Notes: a model not told the origin generated them from the sequence alone. Shown: positions 1 through 8,989, numbered from the stretch's first letter. The stretch is 64,000 nt of DNA from Gemmatimonadota bacterium (GCA_038153405.1 JAYOYH010000020.1:15469-79468); one strand, 5' to 3'. Numbers and translations are program-made.

Positions 1-628
1 GAAAGCGCGGAAACTCCTCTATGACGCTTTCTAGCAATTGGCGCTGTTTGTCTCTATTGCCGAGGTGGGCGTAGCATCGAGCCGCATTCATTTTGGCCAT
101 TGCAGCCAGCGATGTTCCGGACCGGTTTGCAGCAATTTCTTCGTAGCGCTGTGCCGCTGATTCGTACTGACCCTCTGCTTCTAAGCAGGCGGCTAGCCCG
201 TTTTGCGCGGCGTTGACCAACACATCAACCGCTTCGTAATCGGATAGATAGAGCTGGAAGTAGCGTTGGGCATCGGCAATACTTCCCTGAGAGAAATGCA
301 GATTGCCCAACAGGATAGCCCCCTTTGCCGCGGCCGGGGTGCCGCCATAGGCGGTCAGCAACTGCTCGCCGAGGCGAATCGCTTCGCTGCTTTGGGCCGA
401 TTGTTCTGCTATGAGCATATCGCCCAGCAGAGCGGCGGCCTCTTCTTTGGCCAGCTCCTGCGATTCGACAAAATAGTTGACCGCAAATAGGGCTACCACT
501 AAGGCTACGGCGCCAACGGCAAAAGCCTGCGCGCGATCTTGTACATACTGCACGGCCCCCACCAACCAGTCTACAAATTCGTCATCGCGCAGCTCATCTT
601 TATCCAGTTTTTGATTTTCTTTGGCCAT
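1..628 (-). CDS. Membrane-anchored TPR protein (YfgM-like), truncated by the window edge
   Basis: Hand-translated from ATG at 628: MAKENQKLDKDELRDDEFVDW, one TM helix (AFAVGAVALVVALFAV), then TPR-like helices; open to position 1. Confidence 0.75.
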   Translation of the reverse strand, partial: MAKENQKLDKDELRDDEFVDWLVGAVQYVQDRAQAFAVGAVALVVALFAVNYFVESQELAKEEAAALLGDMLIAEQSAQSSEAIRLGEQLLTAYGGTPAAAKGAILLGNLHFSQGSIADAQRYFQLYLSDYEAVDVLVNAAQNGLAACLEAEGQYESAAQRYEEIAANRSGTSLAAMAKMNAARCYAHLGNRDKQRQLLESVIEEFPRF

Positions 629-643
629 TTAAATCCGTCCTGT

Positions 644-1162
644 TCAATAAGTAAGTAGGGCTTGGGTCTCTATCGAGGAATCGAGGCGTTCCCTTCCCTG
701 CAAAAAGCTCAGCTCCATGAGGAAGCTTATACCCGCTATATCGGCCCCTATTTCAGCCAGGAGCTCGCAGGTAGCCAACATCGTGCCCCCCGTTGCCAGC
801 ACGTCGTCCACGACGAGCACGCGCTGGTTGGCAGCGACGGCATCGGCGTGTATTTCAACGGCATCAGTGCCGTATTCCAGCGCATACGCTTTCTGCAAAG
901 TAGCAGCCGGTAGTTTTCCTGGCTTGCGCACAGGAACAAAACCGCAGCCGAGCTGGAGGGCAATGCCAACGCCGAATATAAAGCCGCGCGACTCTATGCC
1001 TACAACAGCTTCAATACCGGCGGTTTTAAAGGGCTCGGCCATGCACTCGATCGCCTTGACCAAGGCGGCTCCATCTGCTAAGAGCGGGGTAATATCCTTG
1101 AATACAATGCCCTCCTGGGGAAAGTCGGGCACATCGCGGATCTTGCGAAATAGGTCTTCCAT
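644..1162 (-). CDS. apt: Adenine phosphoribosyltransferase
   Basis: PDFPQEGIVFKDITP, ESRGF, LEYG and the VDDVLATGGT PRPP-binding motif. Confidence 0.97.
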   Translation of the reverse strand: MEDLFRKIRDVPDFPQEGIVFKDITPLLADGAALVKAIECMAEPFKTAGIEAVVGIESRGFIFGVGIALQLGCGFVPVRKPGKLPAATLQKAYALEYGTDAVEIHADAVAANQRVLVVDDVLATGGTMLATCELLAEIGADIAGISFLMELSFLQGRERLDSSIETQALLTY

Positions 1163-1163
1163 T

Positions 1164-1439
1164 TCAGTAGTTCACCTCAAATGTATCACAGCGCTTCTGG
1201 TAAGGCTGCCAGGCCACATCGCATTGGTCTACGCGACTGCCTGTAGGCCCCTGCCGCAGGAATAAGATCAGGTCTTTAAGCTGTTTTTCTTCGCCCTCAG
1301 CGTGGACCTCAACGCTGCCGTCTTCCCGGTTGCGAACAAAACCACACACGTTTAGGGACCGTGCCCTGCCTAAGACAAAATAGCGAAAACCGACGCCTTG
1401 GACACGTCCTATTATGCGTGCGCTGATGGCTTTTTTCAT
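1164..1439 (-). CDS. acyP: Acylphosphatase
   Basis: GRVQGVGFR and VRNREDGSVE motifs. Confidence 0.95.
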   Translation of the reverse strand: MKKAISARIIGRVQGVGFRYFVLGRARSLNVCGFVRNREDGSVEVHAEGEEKQLKDLILFLRQGPTGSRVDQCDVAWQPYQKRCDTFEVNY

Positions 1440-1473
1440 GTTAGGTTACATAATTTTATTTATGCGATATTGC

Positions 1474-1635
1474 CTAGAATAACGCGTAAATAAACGGCGC
1501 TGCCGCCGAACCCTGAGTCATTACGATCAATAATCCCAACAGAATCAGCGTGGTAAAAATGGGGCCTAACCACCATTTCTTGCGCACTTTCATAAAATCC
1601 CATAATTCGCGAATAATGCTAAGTCGACTGGGCAC
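1474..1635 (-). CDS. DUF5989-family small membrane protein (53 aa, not in ORF track)
   Basis: GTG start after GAAAGGGA; MPSRLSIIRELWDFMKVRKKWWLGPIFTTLILLGLLIVMTQGSAAAPFIYALF shows the RKKWWLxP...GSAxAPFIYxLF signature. Confidence 0.85.
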   Translation of the reverse strand: MPSRLSIIRELWDFMKVRKKWWLGPIFTTLILLGLLIVMTQGSAAAPFIYALF

Positions 1636-1655
1636 GAGTTCCCTTTCTCGGACAA

Positions 1656-2594
1656 TTAGATAAGGCGACTGACGGATTCGCCGTGGTGTATGGCTTTGAT
1701 AGCATCGCCAAAGATACGCGCAACCGAGAGCACCTCGATCTTGCCCCGGGGCTTGTCTTTGGGCAGGGGTATCGTATTTGTAGTCGCGAATATTTCTACC
1801 GGCGATTCGTCGATGCGTTCGAGAGCGGCTCCCGAGAACACGCCGTGCGTGCAGCCAGCCAGAATTCTGCGCACTCCCCGCTCCTTCAAAATGCGCACAG
1901 CTTCCATCATCGACCCCCCGGTCAGCACTTCGTCGTCAAATAGCAGTGCATCGCGCCCCTCAATTTCGCCGATAATATTTTGGATCACCGCTTTTTCGTC
2001 GTCGGCGTGACGCCTCTTGTCCATGATCGCTAGCGGGAGATCGAGGCGGTTGGCATAGGCGCTAGCCTCATCGGCACTGCCGACGTCAGGTGAAACGACG
2101 ACTGCATTGCTCATATCCTTGGTCCGCATATAATTGCAAATCAAGTTCGTCGCCCATAGTTGGTCGACGGGAATGCGCGCAAAAGCTACAATTTGCGGCG
2201 AGTGCAGGGTCATGGTCAAAATTCGATCGGCCCCAGCAGTATGCAATAAGTCGGCCACTAGGCGCGCACTAATCGAAATCCGCGGTTCGTCTTTTTTGTC
2301 CGATCGAACATAGGGATAATAGGGCAAGACGGCGGTAATGCGCCGCGCGGAAGCATATTTCAAGGCATCGATTATCAGCAAGAGTTCCGTCAGGTTGTCG
2401 TTGACCGGCGAGCACGACGTTTGCACAACGAATACGTCGTCTTCGCGCACGTTCTCTTGAATCTGCACCTTTATATTGTCGTTGGGACTGCGTTTTATGC
2501 TAATGCGACCCGGCAATATATCGAGGTAATCGCAAATTTCCCGTGCCAACTCGGGGTTGCTCGATCCTGCCATTATTTTGAGATAGTTCTTCAT
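1656..2594 (-). CDS. prs: Ribose-phosphate pyrophosphokinase
   Basis: ITAVLPYYPYVRSDKK, VVSPDVG, DDEVLTGGS, THGVFS; probable start is MKNYLKI at 2594. Confidence 0.93.
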   Translation of the reverse strand: MKNYLKIMAGSSNPELAREICDYLDILPGRISIKRSPNDNIKVQIQENVREDDVFVVQTSCSPVNDNLTELLLIIDALKYASARRITAVLPYYPYVRSDKKDEPRISISARLVADLLHTAGADRILTMTLHSPQIVAFARIPVDQLWATNLICNYMRTKDMSNAVVVSPDVGSADEASAYANRLDLPLAIMDKRRHADDEKAVIQNIIGEIEGRDALLFDDEVLTGGSMMEAVRILKERGVRRILAGCTHGVFSGAALERIDESPVEIFATTNTIPLPKDKPRGKIEVLSVARIFGDAIKAIHHGESVSRLI

Positions 2595-2662
2595 GAGGAA
2601 CGCTCTTGCTCTGCTAAGAAATAGATGGGATCCAAGATGGAGTAAGGACCCGGAACGAGTTC

Positions 2663-2691
2663 TTGACAAGTGAGTGATCGCATGCTAATTT
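2663..2691 (+). promoter_or_regulatory. Sigma-70 promoter of the vapBC-like pair
   Basis: TTGACA-17 bp-TAATTT with a TG extended -10. Confidence 0.7.
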
Positions 2692-2728
2692 GCGCCACTC
2701 AGACCGAAGAACGAGACGGCGAGTGACC

Positions 2729-2986
2729 ATGGCACGTGTTAACATTATGCTGCCCGACGAGCTCTTAGGGCAAATCGATCAGGTGGCAAAAGATGAAGGC
2801 GTAAACCGCAGCAAGCTGCTCCGCCTTGCCGTACTGGCCTATTTTGACCACCGCGAAGATCTCCTCGAGCGCGAACAGCGGCGCAGCGAGATTCGCGCCG
2901 CAATGGAAATCCAGGACAAATTGCGCAGAGAGGTCGGTCCCTGGGATGCGCTAAAGGCCCTGCGCGAAGAACGCCAGAAAGCATGA
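2729..2986 (+). CDS. Ribbon-helix-helix (CopG-like) antitoxin
   Basis: MARVNIMLPDELLGQIDQVAKDEGVNRSKLLR RHH pattern; ATGA overlap with the PIN gene. Confidence 0.85.
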   Translation: MARVNIMLPDELLGQIDQVAKDEGVNRSKLLRLAVLAYFDHREDLLEREQRRSEIRAAMEIQDKLRREVGPWDALKALREERQKA

Positions 2987-3411
2987 TCCAATACGCCCTC
3001 GATACATCCATTCTTCTGCGCTGGTTTTCCCTACTCCACGATGCCGATGCCGACCGCGCCCTGCGCCTGCGCGAAGAGCATCAGGAAGACCGAATCGAGC
3101 TAGCCGTATTGGATACGGCCCTCTGCGAATTATCGCACATTCTCAAAGAGGCCAGCCACTACAATCAGACCGACGTCACCGATGCGCTTGCTAGCCTCGA
3201 GTATATGCACATCAAGATCGTCCCCTACGACATGCCCCTCGCCCAGCGCGCCACGCAAATCGCCTTTGAACACGATATCAGCGTTCCGGCTGCTGGATTT
3301 GTCGCCCTAGGCGCGTGCCTACGCTGCCAGGCCATTACCTGCGACCGACTGCTCTACGCAAAAATTGCCTCTCTGCCATGGACGCTGCTGCTGGGCAATG
3401 CCAATATCTGA
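2983..3411 (+). CDS. PIN-domain VapC-like toxin
   Basis: ALDTS N-terminal Asp, CEL Glu, ITCD C-terminal Asp; 142 aa; coupled to the RHH gene. Confidence 0.85.
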   Translation: MIQYALDTSILLRWFSLLHDADADRALRLREEHQEDRIELAVLDTALCELSHILKEASHYNQTDVTDALASLEYMHIKIVPYDMPLAQRATQIAFEHDISVPAAGFVALGACLRCQAITCDRLLYAKIASLPWTLLLGNANI

Positions 3412-3417
3412 CGCGGA

Positions 3418-4602
3418 TCAAACAGCGGCCAACGCTTGCTCAATATCGCCGATTAACACTTCGGCTTCTTCAATTCCCACCGCATAGCGCACCAGTTCGT
3501 CTGAAATCCCAATCGCCAAGCGATCTTCGCGGCTCAGATCGTAATACGATATGGTGGCCGGATGCGAAACTAAAGTTTCGACGCCGCCCAAACTAGGCGC
3601 AATTTGCGGCACTTTTAGGGCGTGTATAAATTGCTTGGTCTGCGCCAGATCGCCATCGATTTCAAAGCTGATTAAGCCGCCATAACCGCGCATTTGCTCT
3701 TTAGCAATGGCGTGATCGACGTGGCTTTCCAGACCGGGGTAAAACACGCGGCGAACTTTGCTGTGTCCTTCTAAAAAGCGCGCCAGCGCAAGGGCCGTTT
3801 CGTTTTGCCGGCGAACGCGCAGTTCCATTGTCTTCAAGCCGCGAATCAATAGGTAGGCTGTATTGGGATCGGTCGTGGCTCCCGTTACGCGCTGAAATTC
3901 GCGGATGGCATCCACCAATGGCTGTGCTCCGCATATGACGCCCGCCATCAGATCGTTGTGCCCGCCCATGTATTTAGTGGCGCTATGTATGACCAAATCT
4001 ACTCCAAAGTCCAACGGCCGCTGGTTGATTGGCGTGGCCAGCGTGCTGTCGATAATCACTTTGATGCGCTGCTCTTTGGCAAAGGAGACCAACTCATGTA
4101 AATCGAGGACGTGCAGATGGGGATTGGTCGGTGATTCCGAAAATAGAATGCGCGTCTCCGGGCGCACGGCAGCGCGCAGTGCGGCGCTATCCCCCGGTTT
4201 TACGACGCTGGTTTCAATGCCAAACTTCGCTAGGCTGCGGCAGAACTTTGCCGTCATCCGATAGCAATCTTCCATGATGATGACGTGTTGCCCGGATCGC
4301 AACATGGCCAGTAGTACGGAACAGATGGCGGCCATGCCCGAAGAAAAGAGCAACGCGTCTTCCGCCCCTTCCAACGCGGCTACTTTTAGCTCGGCTACGC
4401 GCTGGGTCGGGTTGCCGTAGCGAGCGTATTCAAACGCATTGCGCTCGCCGGCTTTAAACGCCTCAAATTCATCGAGCCTATCAAAGGTAAAGGTCGCCGT
4501 TTGGGCAATCGGCGCAATCAGCGACTGGGCATATCGACCGCGCTCTTCCCCTCCGTGCACGGAGATATAGGAAGCATTATACGTATTCTCTTCGGTGTCC
4601 AT
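3418..4602 (-). CDS. metB: Cystathionine gamma-synthase (PLP-dependent trans-sulfuration family)
   Basis: YARYGNPT, SSGMAAI, ESPTNP, HSATKYMGGH (PLP Lys), SLGGVETL. Confidence 0.85.
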   Translation of the reverse strand: MDTEENTYNASYISVHGGEERGRYAQSLIAPIAQTATFTFDRLDEFEAFKAGERNAFEYARYGNPTQRVAELKVAALEGAEDALLFSSGMAAICSVLLAMLRSGQHVIIMEDCYRMTAKFCRSLAKFGIETSVVKPGDSAALRAAVRPETRILFSESPTNPHLHVLDLHELVSFAKEQRIKVIIDSTLATPINQRPLDFGVDLVIHSATKYMGGHNDLMAGVICGAQPLVDAIREFQRVTGATTDPNTAYLLIRGLKTMELRVRRQNETALALARFLEGHSKVRRVFYPGLESHVDHAIAKEQMRGYGGLISFEIDGDLAQTKQFIHALKVPQIAPSLGGVETLVSHPATISYYDLSREDRLAIGISDELVRYAVGIEEAEVLIGDIEQALAAV

Positions 4603-4656
4603 TTGGAGGCAGATCTCGCGAAAATAAATTGATCGAGTGAAGGATGGACGAAACCG

Positions 4657-6000
4657 TTAGCCTTGCAGCTGCGTTTCGATCGAATTCAAAATAGCCGCGC
4701 GAACCTGATCGTAATCAGCATCTACCTCCAGCGGCTCGTTTTTAAAGGGTGTGTCAATATTCAACTCGGCAAGCGCCCCTTCGTGGTAGCGCACCTTAAA
4801 GTCGGGGAATTTGAGACCGTGCGCGGTGGAGATGACGACGACGCGGTCGCGGGGACCAATTTCGCCCTGATCGATGAGCTTGAATAGAGCGACTAACGCC
4901 ACTCCAGTATGAGGACAGGTAAAAAGGCCCGTGCGATCGGCGCGGGCGCAGGCATTGGCCAACTCGTTTTCGCTGGCTTGTTCGACCACGCCGTCAAAAA
5001 CCTGCAGTGTGCGAATGGCCCGATCGCGACTGACCGGATCGCCTATCTTAATGGCGCTGGCCAAGGTGTCGCCGGCGCGCATGGACTCGAATGAGCTAAA
5101 GTTCTTCTTGTAGCTTCGATACAGGGGATTGGCCTGTTCGGCCTGTCCAACCGCAATGCGCGGCAAGCGGTCAATTATGCCCATCTCGCGCATTTCCAAC
5201 AGCCCCTTACCTAGGGCACTGACATTGCCCAAATTTCCACCCGGAATAATGATCCAATCGGGCACATCCCAATCAAATTGCTGCACGAGTTCGATGGCAA
5301 CCGTTTTCTGCCCCTCTATGCGCAGCGAATTCATTGAGTTGGCTAGGTATAAATTTTCCCGTTGGCTAATTTCCTTGACGAGGCGCATGCACCCGTCAAA
5401 ATCCGTGCGCAGTGAGATCGTCACCGCGCCGTTGGCAATGGGCTGTATGAGTTGTGAAGTGGTAATCATGTTTTTGGGCAATAACACGACGGCCGGTATA
5501 TGCGCAGCGGCGCAGTAGGCAGCTAGAGCCGCCGACGTGTCTCCCGTCGAGGCACAGGCAACAGCCGGTATGTGCTGCCCCTCCGATATCATCTGGTTGA
5601 CCATCGAAACTAAAACGGTCATGCCCAGATCCTTGAAGGAGCCCGTGTGACTGTTTCCACACTGCTTGATCCACAGATCGTTTAGACCAATTTCCCGTCC
5701 CAAGCGCTCCGCCCAAAACAGATTGCTCCCCCCCTCGTACATCGACACGACATTGGCGTCGTCAACGACCGGACAGACCATTTCCTTTTTGCCCCACACG
5801 CTGCTTCCGAAGGGAAATGAGGTTCGCATATAGCGCTGGTCAAAGAGGGTTTTCCACTCCTGGCCAGAGCGACATTTCAGGGCCTGGATATCGTGCTGTA
5901 CCTGCAGTAAACCACCGCACTGCTGACAGGTATAAATAATCTCTGACAGGCGGTAGGTCTCTTCGCAATCTATACATTTAAACCATGCACTAAAGCTCAT
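4657..6000 (-). CDS. thrC: Threonine synthase
   Basis: HTGSFKDLGM, CASTGDTSAA, PGGNLGN, STAHGLKF. Confidence 0.95.
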   Translation of the reverse strand: MSFSAWFKCIDCEETYRLSEIIYTCQQCGGLLQVQHDIQALKCRSGQEWKTLFDQRYMRTSFPFGSSVWGKKEMVCPVVDDANVVSMYEGGSNLFWAERLGREIGLNDLWIKQCGNSHTGSFKDLGMTVLVSMVNQMISEGQHIPAVACASTGDTSAALAAYCAAAHIPAVVLLPKNMITTSQLIQPIANGAVTISLRTDFDGCMRLVKEISQRENLYLANSMNSLRIEGQKTVAIELVQQFDWDVPDWIIIPGGNLGNVSALGKGLLEMREMGIIDRLPRIAVGQAEQANPLYRSYKKNFSSFESMRAGDTLASAIKIGDPVSRDRAIRTLQVFDGVVEQASENELANACARADRTGLFTCPHTGVALVALFKLIDQGEIGPRDRVVVISTAHGLKFPDFKVRYHEGALAELNIDTPFKNEPLEVDADYDQVRAAILNSIETQLQG

Positions 6001-6090
6001 AATGCGTCCTGGATCGATCGTAAAAATTGGTTCTATTGGGTTTTTCTAATCTATAGCCCACAGCAACTTACAGCAAGTATAACCAAACGC

Positions 6091-6136
6091 AAAAACGCCG
6101 ATTGAACGACGCATTTGCATCGCTTAATCGGCGTTT
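6091..6136 (-). terminator. Intrinsic terminator after the acidic protein gene
   Basis: Minus strand AAACGCCGATTAAGCGATGCA/TGCGTCGTTCAATCGGCGTTT hairpin ending in a T-run. Confidence 0.75.
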
Positions 6137-6158
6137 GAGACTAAAGGCTCGTTGCGCT

Positions 6159-7139
6159 CTAGCCAAAGAGCGCGTCGATCTCGTCCTGGCTCACTTGGCT
6201 GAGGCTCTCGCCGTCTTCTTCCGGCTTATCTTTGGGTTTGGCCTTTTTCACTTTAGCTTTTGCCTTTGGGACGGCTTTTTTTTTTGGCGGCGGTGGCTCC
6301 TCATCGTCTTCCTCTTCAAGCAGCGCCGTCATCTCGTCTTCAGAAATATCGGCACCGCTCCCAACGTCCTCTTCTTCGTCATCGTCGCTCAATAAGTCGT
6401 CGAGATCAATATCGTCGTCATCCGCATCGTCTTCCTCAGAAAGCAGGTCCTCTAAGTCTTCCTCTTCTTCCGCATCGTCTTCCTCAGAAAGCAGGTCCTC
6501 TAAGTCTTCCTCTTCTTCCGAATCGTCTTCATCAGAAAGCAGGTCCTCTAAGTCTTCCTCTTCTTCCGAATCGTCTTCCCCTTCGTCGAGGGGCAATTCG
6601 GCTAGTTCTTCGTCGGATTCATTCCCAATATCTTCAGGTGGCTCATCGTTGTCATCGGCAAAGAAATTTTCGATTTCTTGCGAATCTTCTTTGCCATCGC
6701 CACCTTCCGACGATCCGCTAAATAGGTCGTCAATAGCTCCCTGATCTACGGTATCTTGCCCCGGGGACGGCGGACTATCTGCCTGCATGTCGCCGTCTTC
6801 TTCCAGACCCTCTTCGTCAAAAATATCCGGGTCGAGGTCGTCTTCAAGCATCAAATCCATTTGCGTTTCTCTGTTGAGCAGAGCCTGACTCAGCAAGTCG
6901 AATCCCTCGCGCACTTCGTAGGTCTGGTCTTCGGAGAGATGTTCGGCATTTTGCACCATGTAATGGATGACTTTGTCCAGTCCAGGTAAGGCATCTTCAA
7001 AGACCGTCAGATAGGCTTTCACCTTCTCGTCTTTAATATCGCCTCTTATTTTGTCGAACCAGAGATTATTAAACAACTGAGTTAGGGATTCAAGCGCTTG
7101 CAGTCGCTCAACCACTTCGCGCAGATCGTCTTTTGTCAT
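6159..7139 (-). CDS. Acidic low-complexity protein with a helical N-terminus and CheZ/FliM-like C-terminal motif
   Basis: 326-aa ORF with its own terminator; ends VSQDEIDALFG. Confidence 0.75.
   Translation of the reverse strand: MTKDDLREVVERLQALESLTQLFNNLWFDKIRGDIKDEKVKAYLTVFEDALPGLDKVIHYMVQNAEHLSEDQTYEVREGFDLLSQALLNRETQMDLMLEDDLDPDIFDEEGLEEDGDMQADSPPSPGQDTVDQGAIDDLFSGSSEGGDGKEDSQEIENFFADDNDEPPEDIGNESDEELAELPLDEGEDDSEEEEDLEDLLSDEDDSEEEEDLEDLLSEEDDAEEEEDLEDLLSEEDDADDDDIDLDDLLSDDDEEEDVGSGADISEDEMTALLEEEDDEEPPPPKKKAVPKAKAKVKKAKPKDKPEEDGESLSQVSQDEIDALFG
6421..6579. repeat. 48-bp tandem repeat, 3 copies plus a partial, in frame
   Basis: Unit TCCG(C/A)ATCGTCTTC(C/A)TCAGAAAGCAGGTCCTCTAAGTCTTCCTCTTCT at 6421, 6469 and 6517; encodes EEEEDLEDLLS(E/D)EDD(A/S). 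Confidence 0.95.
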
Positions 7140-7215
7140 AAGTTGGGCCCCTATAGATTCAAATACCTGCCAGTACTATCGGCATGTTGGCCAATATATT
7201 TCCCACTTTTTCAAA

Positions 7216-7231
7216 AGCAATTACCATGCCT
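7216..7231 (-). promoter_or_regulatory. Putative sigma-54 (-24/-12) promoter
   Basis: Minus strand AGGCATGGTAATTGCT has GG-N10-GC spacing, ~77 bp upstream of the ATG at 7139. Confidence 0.55.
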
Positions 7232-7443
7232 TTGATTAGGCAAGACCTATTGATTTACAATATGTTGTCACTCATACCCCGAATCAACACCCCATATAGT
7301 ATGTTCCGTGCTATTCAACGCGATGGGGCCTGCCCTGCCCTACCTTTAATTTCCCTTTTGATGCAGAAGGTGCTGCCAATTTTTCCGCGTAGAATTCATG
7401 CCCGTGCACCAATCGGTCTTTCGCCGTACCTTAACGCCGAAAA

Positions 7444-7974
7444 TTAGCGTTTATTAAATGCCTTTATTACTATCTGCGACAAGGCGATACATGCGATGGT
7501 CTCAGGGATTACATAGGTGCTATTATAGCTGAGGGAATAGAGCCAAACGGCCGTATCTGCAGGCGCGTAGGCGGCAAAAAACACCATGCCCGAAACCCAG
7601 TGAATACCCAGCCGCACCACGCCCGCCAGCCCTACGCTTAGCGCGGCTTGCCAGCGTCCACTACCAGCGGCTAAACCACTTACACCTCCCATAGCTGCGA
7701 AGGCCAAGGGATAATCGAGAAGGACCTGTAGAGGGTGAAAGTAAAACGGGTTCAGGGCAAAGTCGACGAAGCCAAAAAGGCCCCCACAGGCGGCTCCTGC
7801 TGCCAGTCCGCGGCGCAGGGCTAGCACGACAATGGGCAAGATGCTCAAATTGATCGAGCCGCCGAAGGGCATTTGCACCAAGCGGGTCAACGCGCCCAAG
7901 ACAATGGCCAGCGCTATGACCACCCCAACTTCCGCCAGCAGGCGTATGCGCTCCCTTGGCGTCCCGACTGCCAC
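7444..7974 (-). CDS. thiT: ECF-type thiamine transporter S component
   Basis: MPFGGSI, HPLQVLLDYPLAF, HWVSGMVFF, YSLSYN motifs. Confidence 0.88.
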   Translation of the reverse strand: MAVGTPRERIRLLAEVGVVIALAIVLGALTRLVQMPFGGSINLSILPIVVLALRRGLAAGAACGGLFGFVDFALNPFYFHPLQVLLDYPLAFAAMGGVSGLAAGSGRWQAALSVGLAGVVRLGIHWVSGMVFFAAYAPADTAVWLYSLSYNSTYVIPETIACIALSQIVIKAFNKR

Positions 7975-7978
7975 GGCG

Positions 7979-8989
7979 TTAGTTCAGCCGCTGAATTATC
8001 ACATAGCCCATAGGTATTTCGAGGATAGCGCTAAACTCACCGACCCCGAGCTGTACGACGGACTCTTCAAATTGTGGCAGCAGTTCGCCGGGGCCGAAAA
8101 ATCCCAGGTCGCCCCCGTCTTGCGCATTGGGTGCAATGGAGAACTTTTGTGCCAGAGCGGCGAATTCTTCGCCTCCTGCTAAGCGTTGGCGAATATCGCG
8201 CGCGGCCGTCTCGGTCTTTACTAAGATATAGCGCGCTCGCATTTTTCCTTCTAATATCGCCCGCACCGCCTGTAGGTTTTCGTCGATCGCCTGAGTGACA
8301 TAGGGGTCGCTGGAGCGCGCCTGGGCCTTCTTGTAGTACTCCAGCGATTCGATGTATCGCTGCTGTTGGGCATAGAGAAAAGCGATATTATTGAAGCCTT
8401 CCACGTCTTCGGGCACTAAGAGCGCCAGCTGCTCGTAGTGTTGGACTGCGGTGTCTAAGGATTCGCGTTGGGCGTGGTAAAAACCCAATAGACGGTGGGC
8501 TTCGGGGTTGGTATCGTCCAACTGGGCGGCCGTATCTAAATGGGCCTTGGCACCATCCCACTGGCCGGCCTGCAAGAGCAAGAAAGCCAGCGCGCTGTGC
8601 ACAGCAGAGTTATCCGGGACCAGCAAACGAGCGCGATCGACCGAAGCGATGGCCGAATCGAGTTGCCCCATAGCCAGGTGCACTTCGCCAATGCGCGAAT
8701 ACAGCGTAAGCTGACCCGGCTCCTCGCGCAGCGATGCGCGCAGCACGGAAAGAGCCTGGGGATACTGCGCCGTTTGCATATACATGGCTGCCATGCGATT
8801 CAAAAAGGGCGCGCTACCCGCTCCAGCAGCAAGCGCCTTTTCATACTCGATTAAAGCCAACTGCACCCGCCCCTGCTCGAGATAGAAGTCGCCCTTGCGC
8901 ACCCATTCGACCATGCCCTCCTGCTGAGCGGATGACCTGCCAACGAGACAGATAACTGCGCTCAATAGTGCCACCGATATCCTTATCAT
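7979..8989 (-). CDS. Secreted TPR protein with a C-terminal parvulin-type PPIase domain
   Basis: Signal peptide, several TPRs, then ARYILV...FAALAQKFS...GGDLGFF...FEE rotamase motifs. Confidence 0.85.
   Translation of the reverse strand: MIRISVALLSAVICLVGRSSAQQEGMVEWVRKGDFYLEQGRVQLALIEYEKALAAGAGSAPFLNRMAAMYMQTAQYPQALSVLRASLREEPGQLTLYSRIGEVHLAMGQLDSAIASVDRARLLVPDNSAVHSALAFLLLQAGQWDGAKAHLDTAAQLDDTNPEAHRLLGFYHAQRESLDTAVQHYEQLALLVPEDVEGFNNIAFLYAQQQRYIESLEYYKKAQARSSDPYVTQAIDENLQAVRAILEGKMRARYILVKTETAARDIRQRLAGGEEFAALAQKFSIAPNAQDGGDLGFFGPGELLPQFEESVVQLGVGEFSAILEIPMGYVIIQRLN

Noticed and set aside
6421..6579. Direct repeats as a CRISPR array
   Set aside because: Head-to-tail 48-bp units with no spacers, in frame within a CDS; no cas genes in the window
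6232..6744. Ser-rich plus-strand ORFs (170 and 153 aa)
   Set aside because: Antisense shadows of the Asp/Glu-rich gene
7361..7380. Second sigma-54-like site (TTGGCAGCACCTTCTGC, minus strand)
   Set aside because: GG-to-GC spacing is 11, not the required 10
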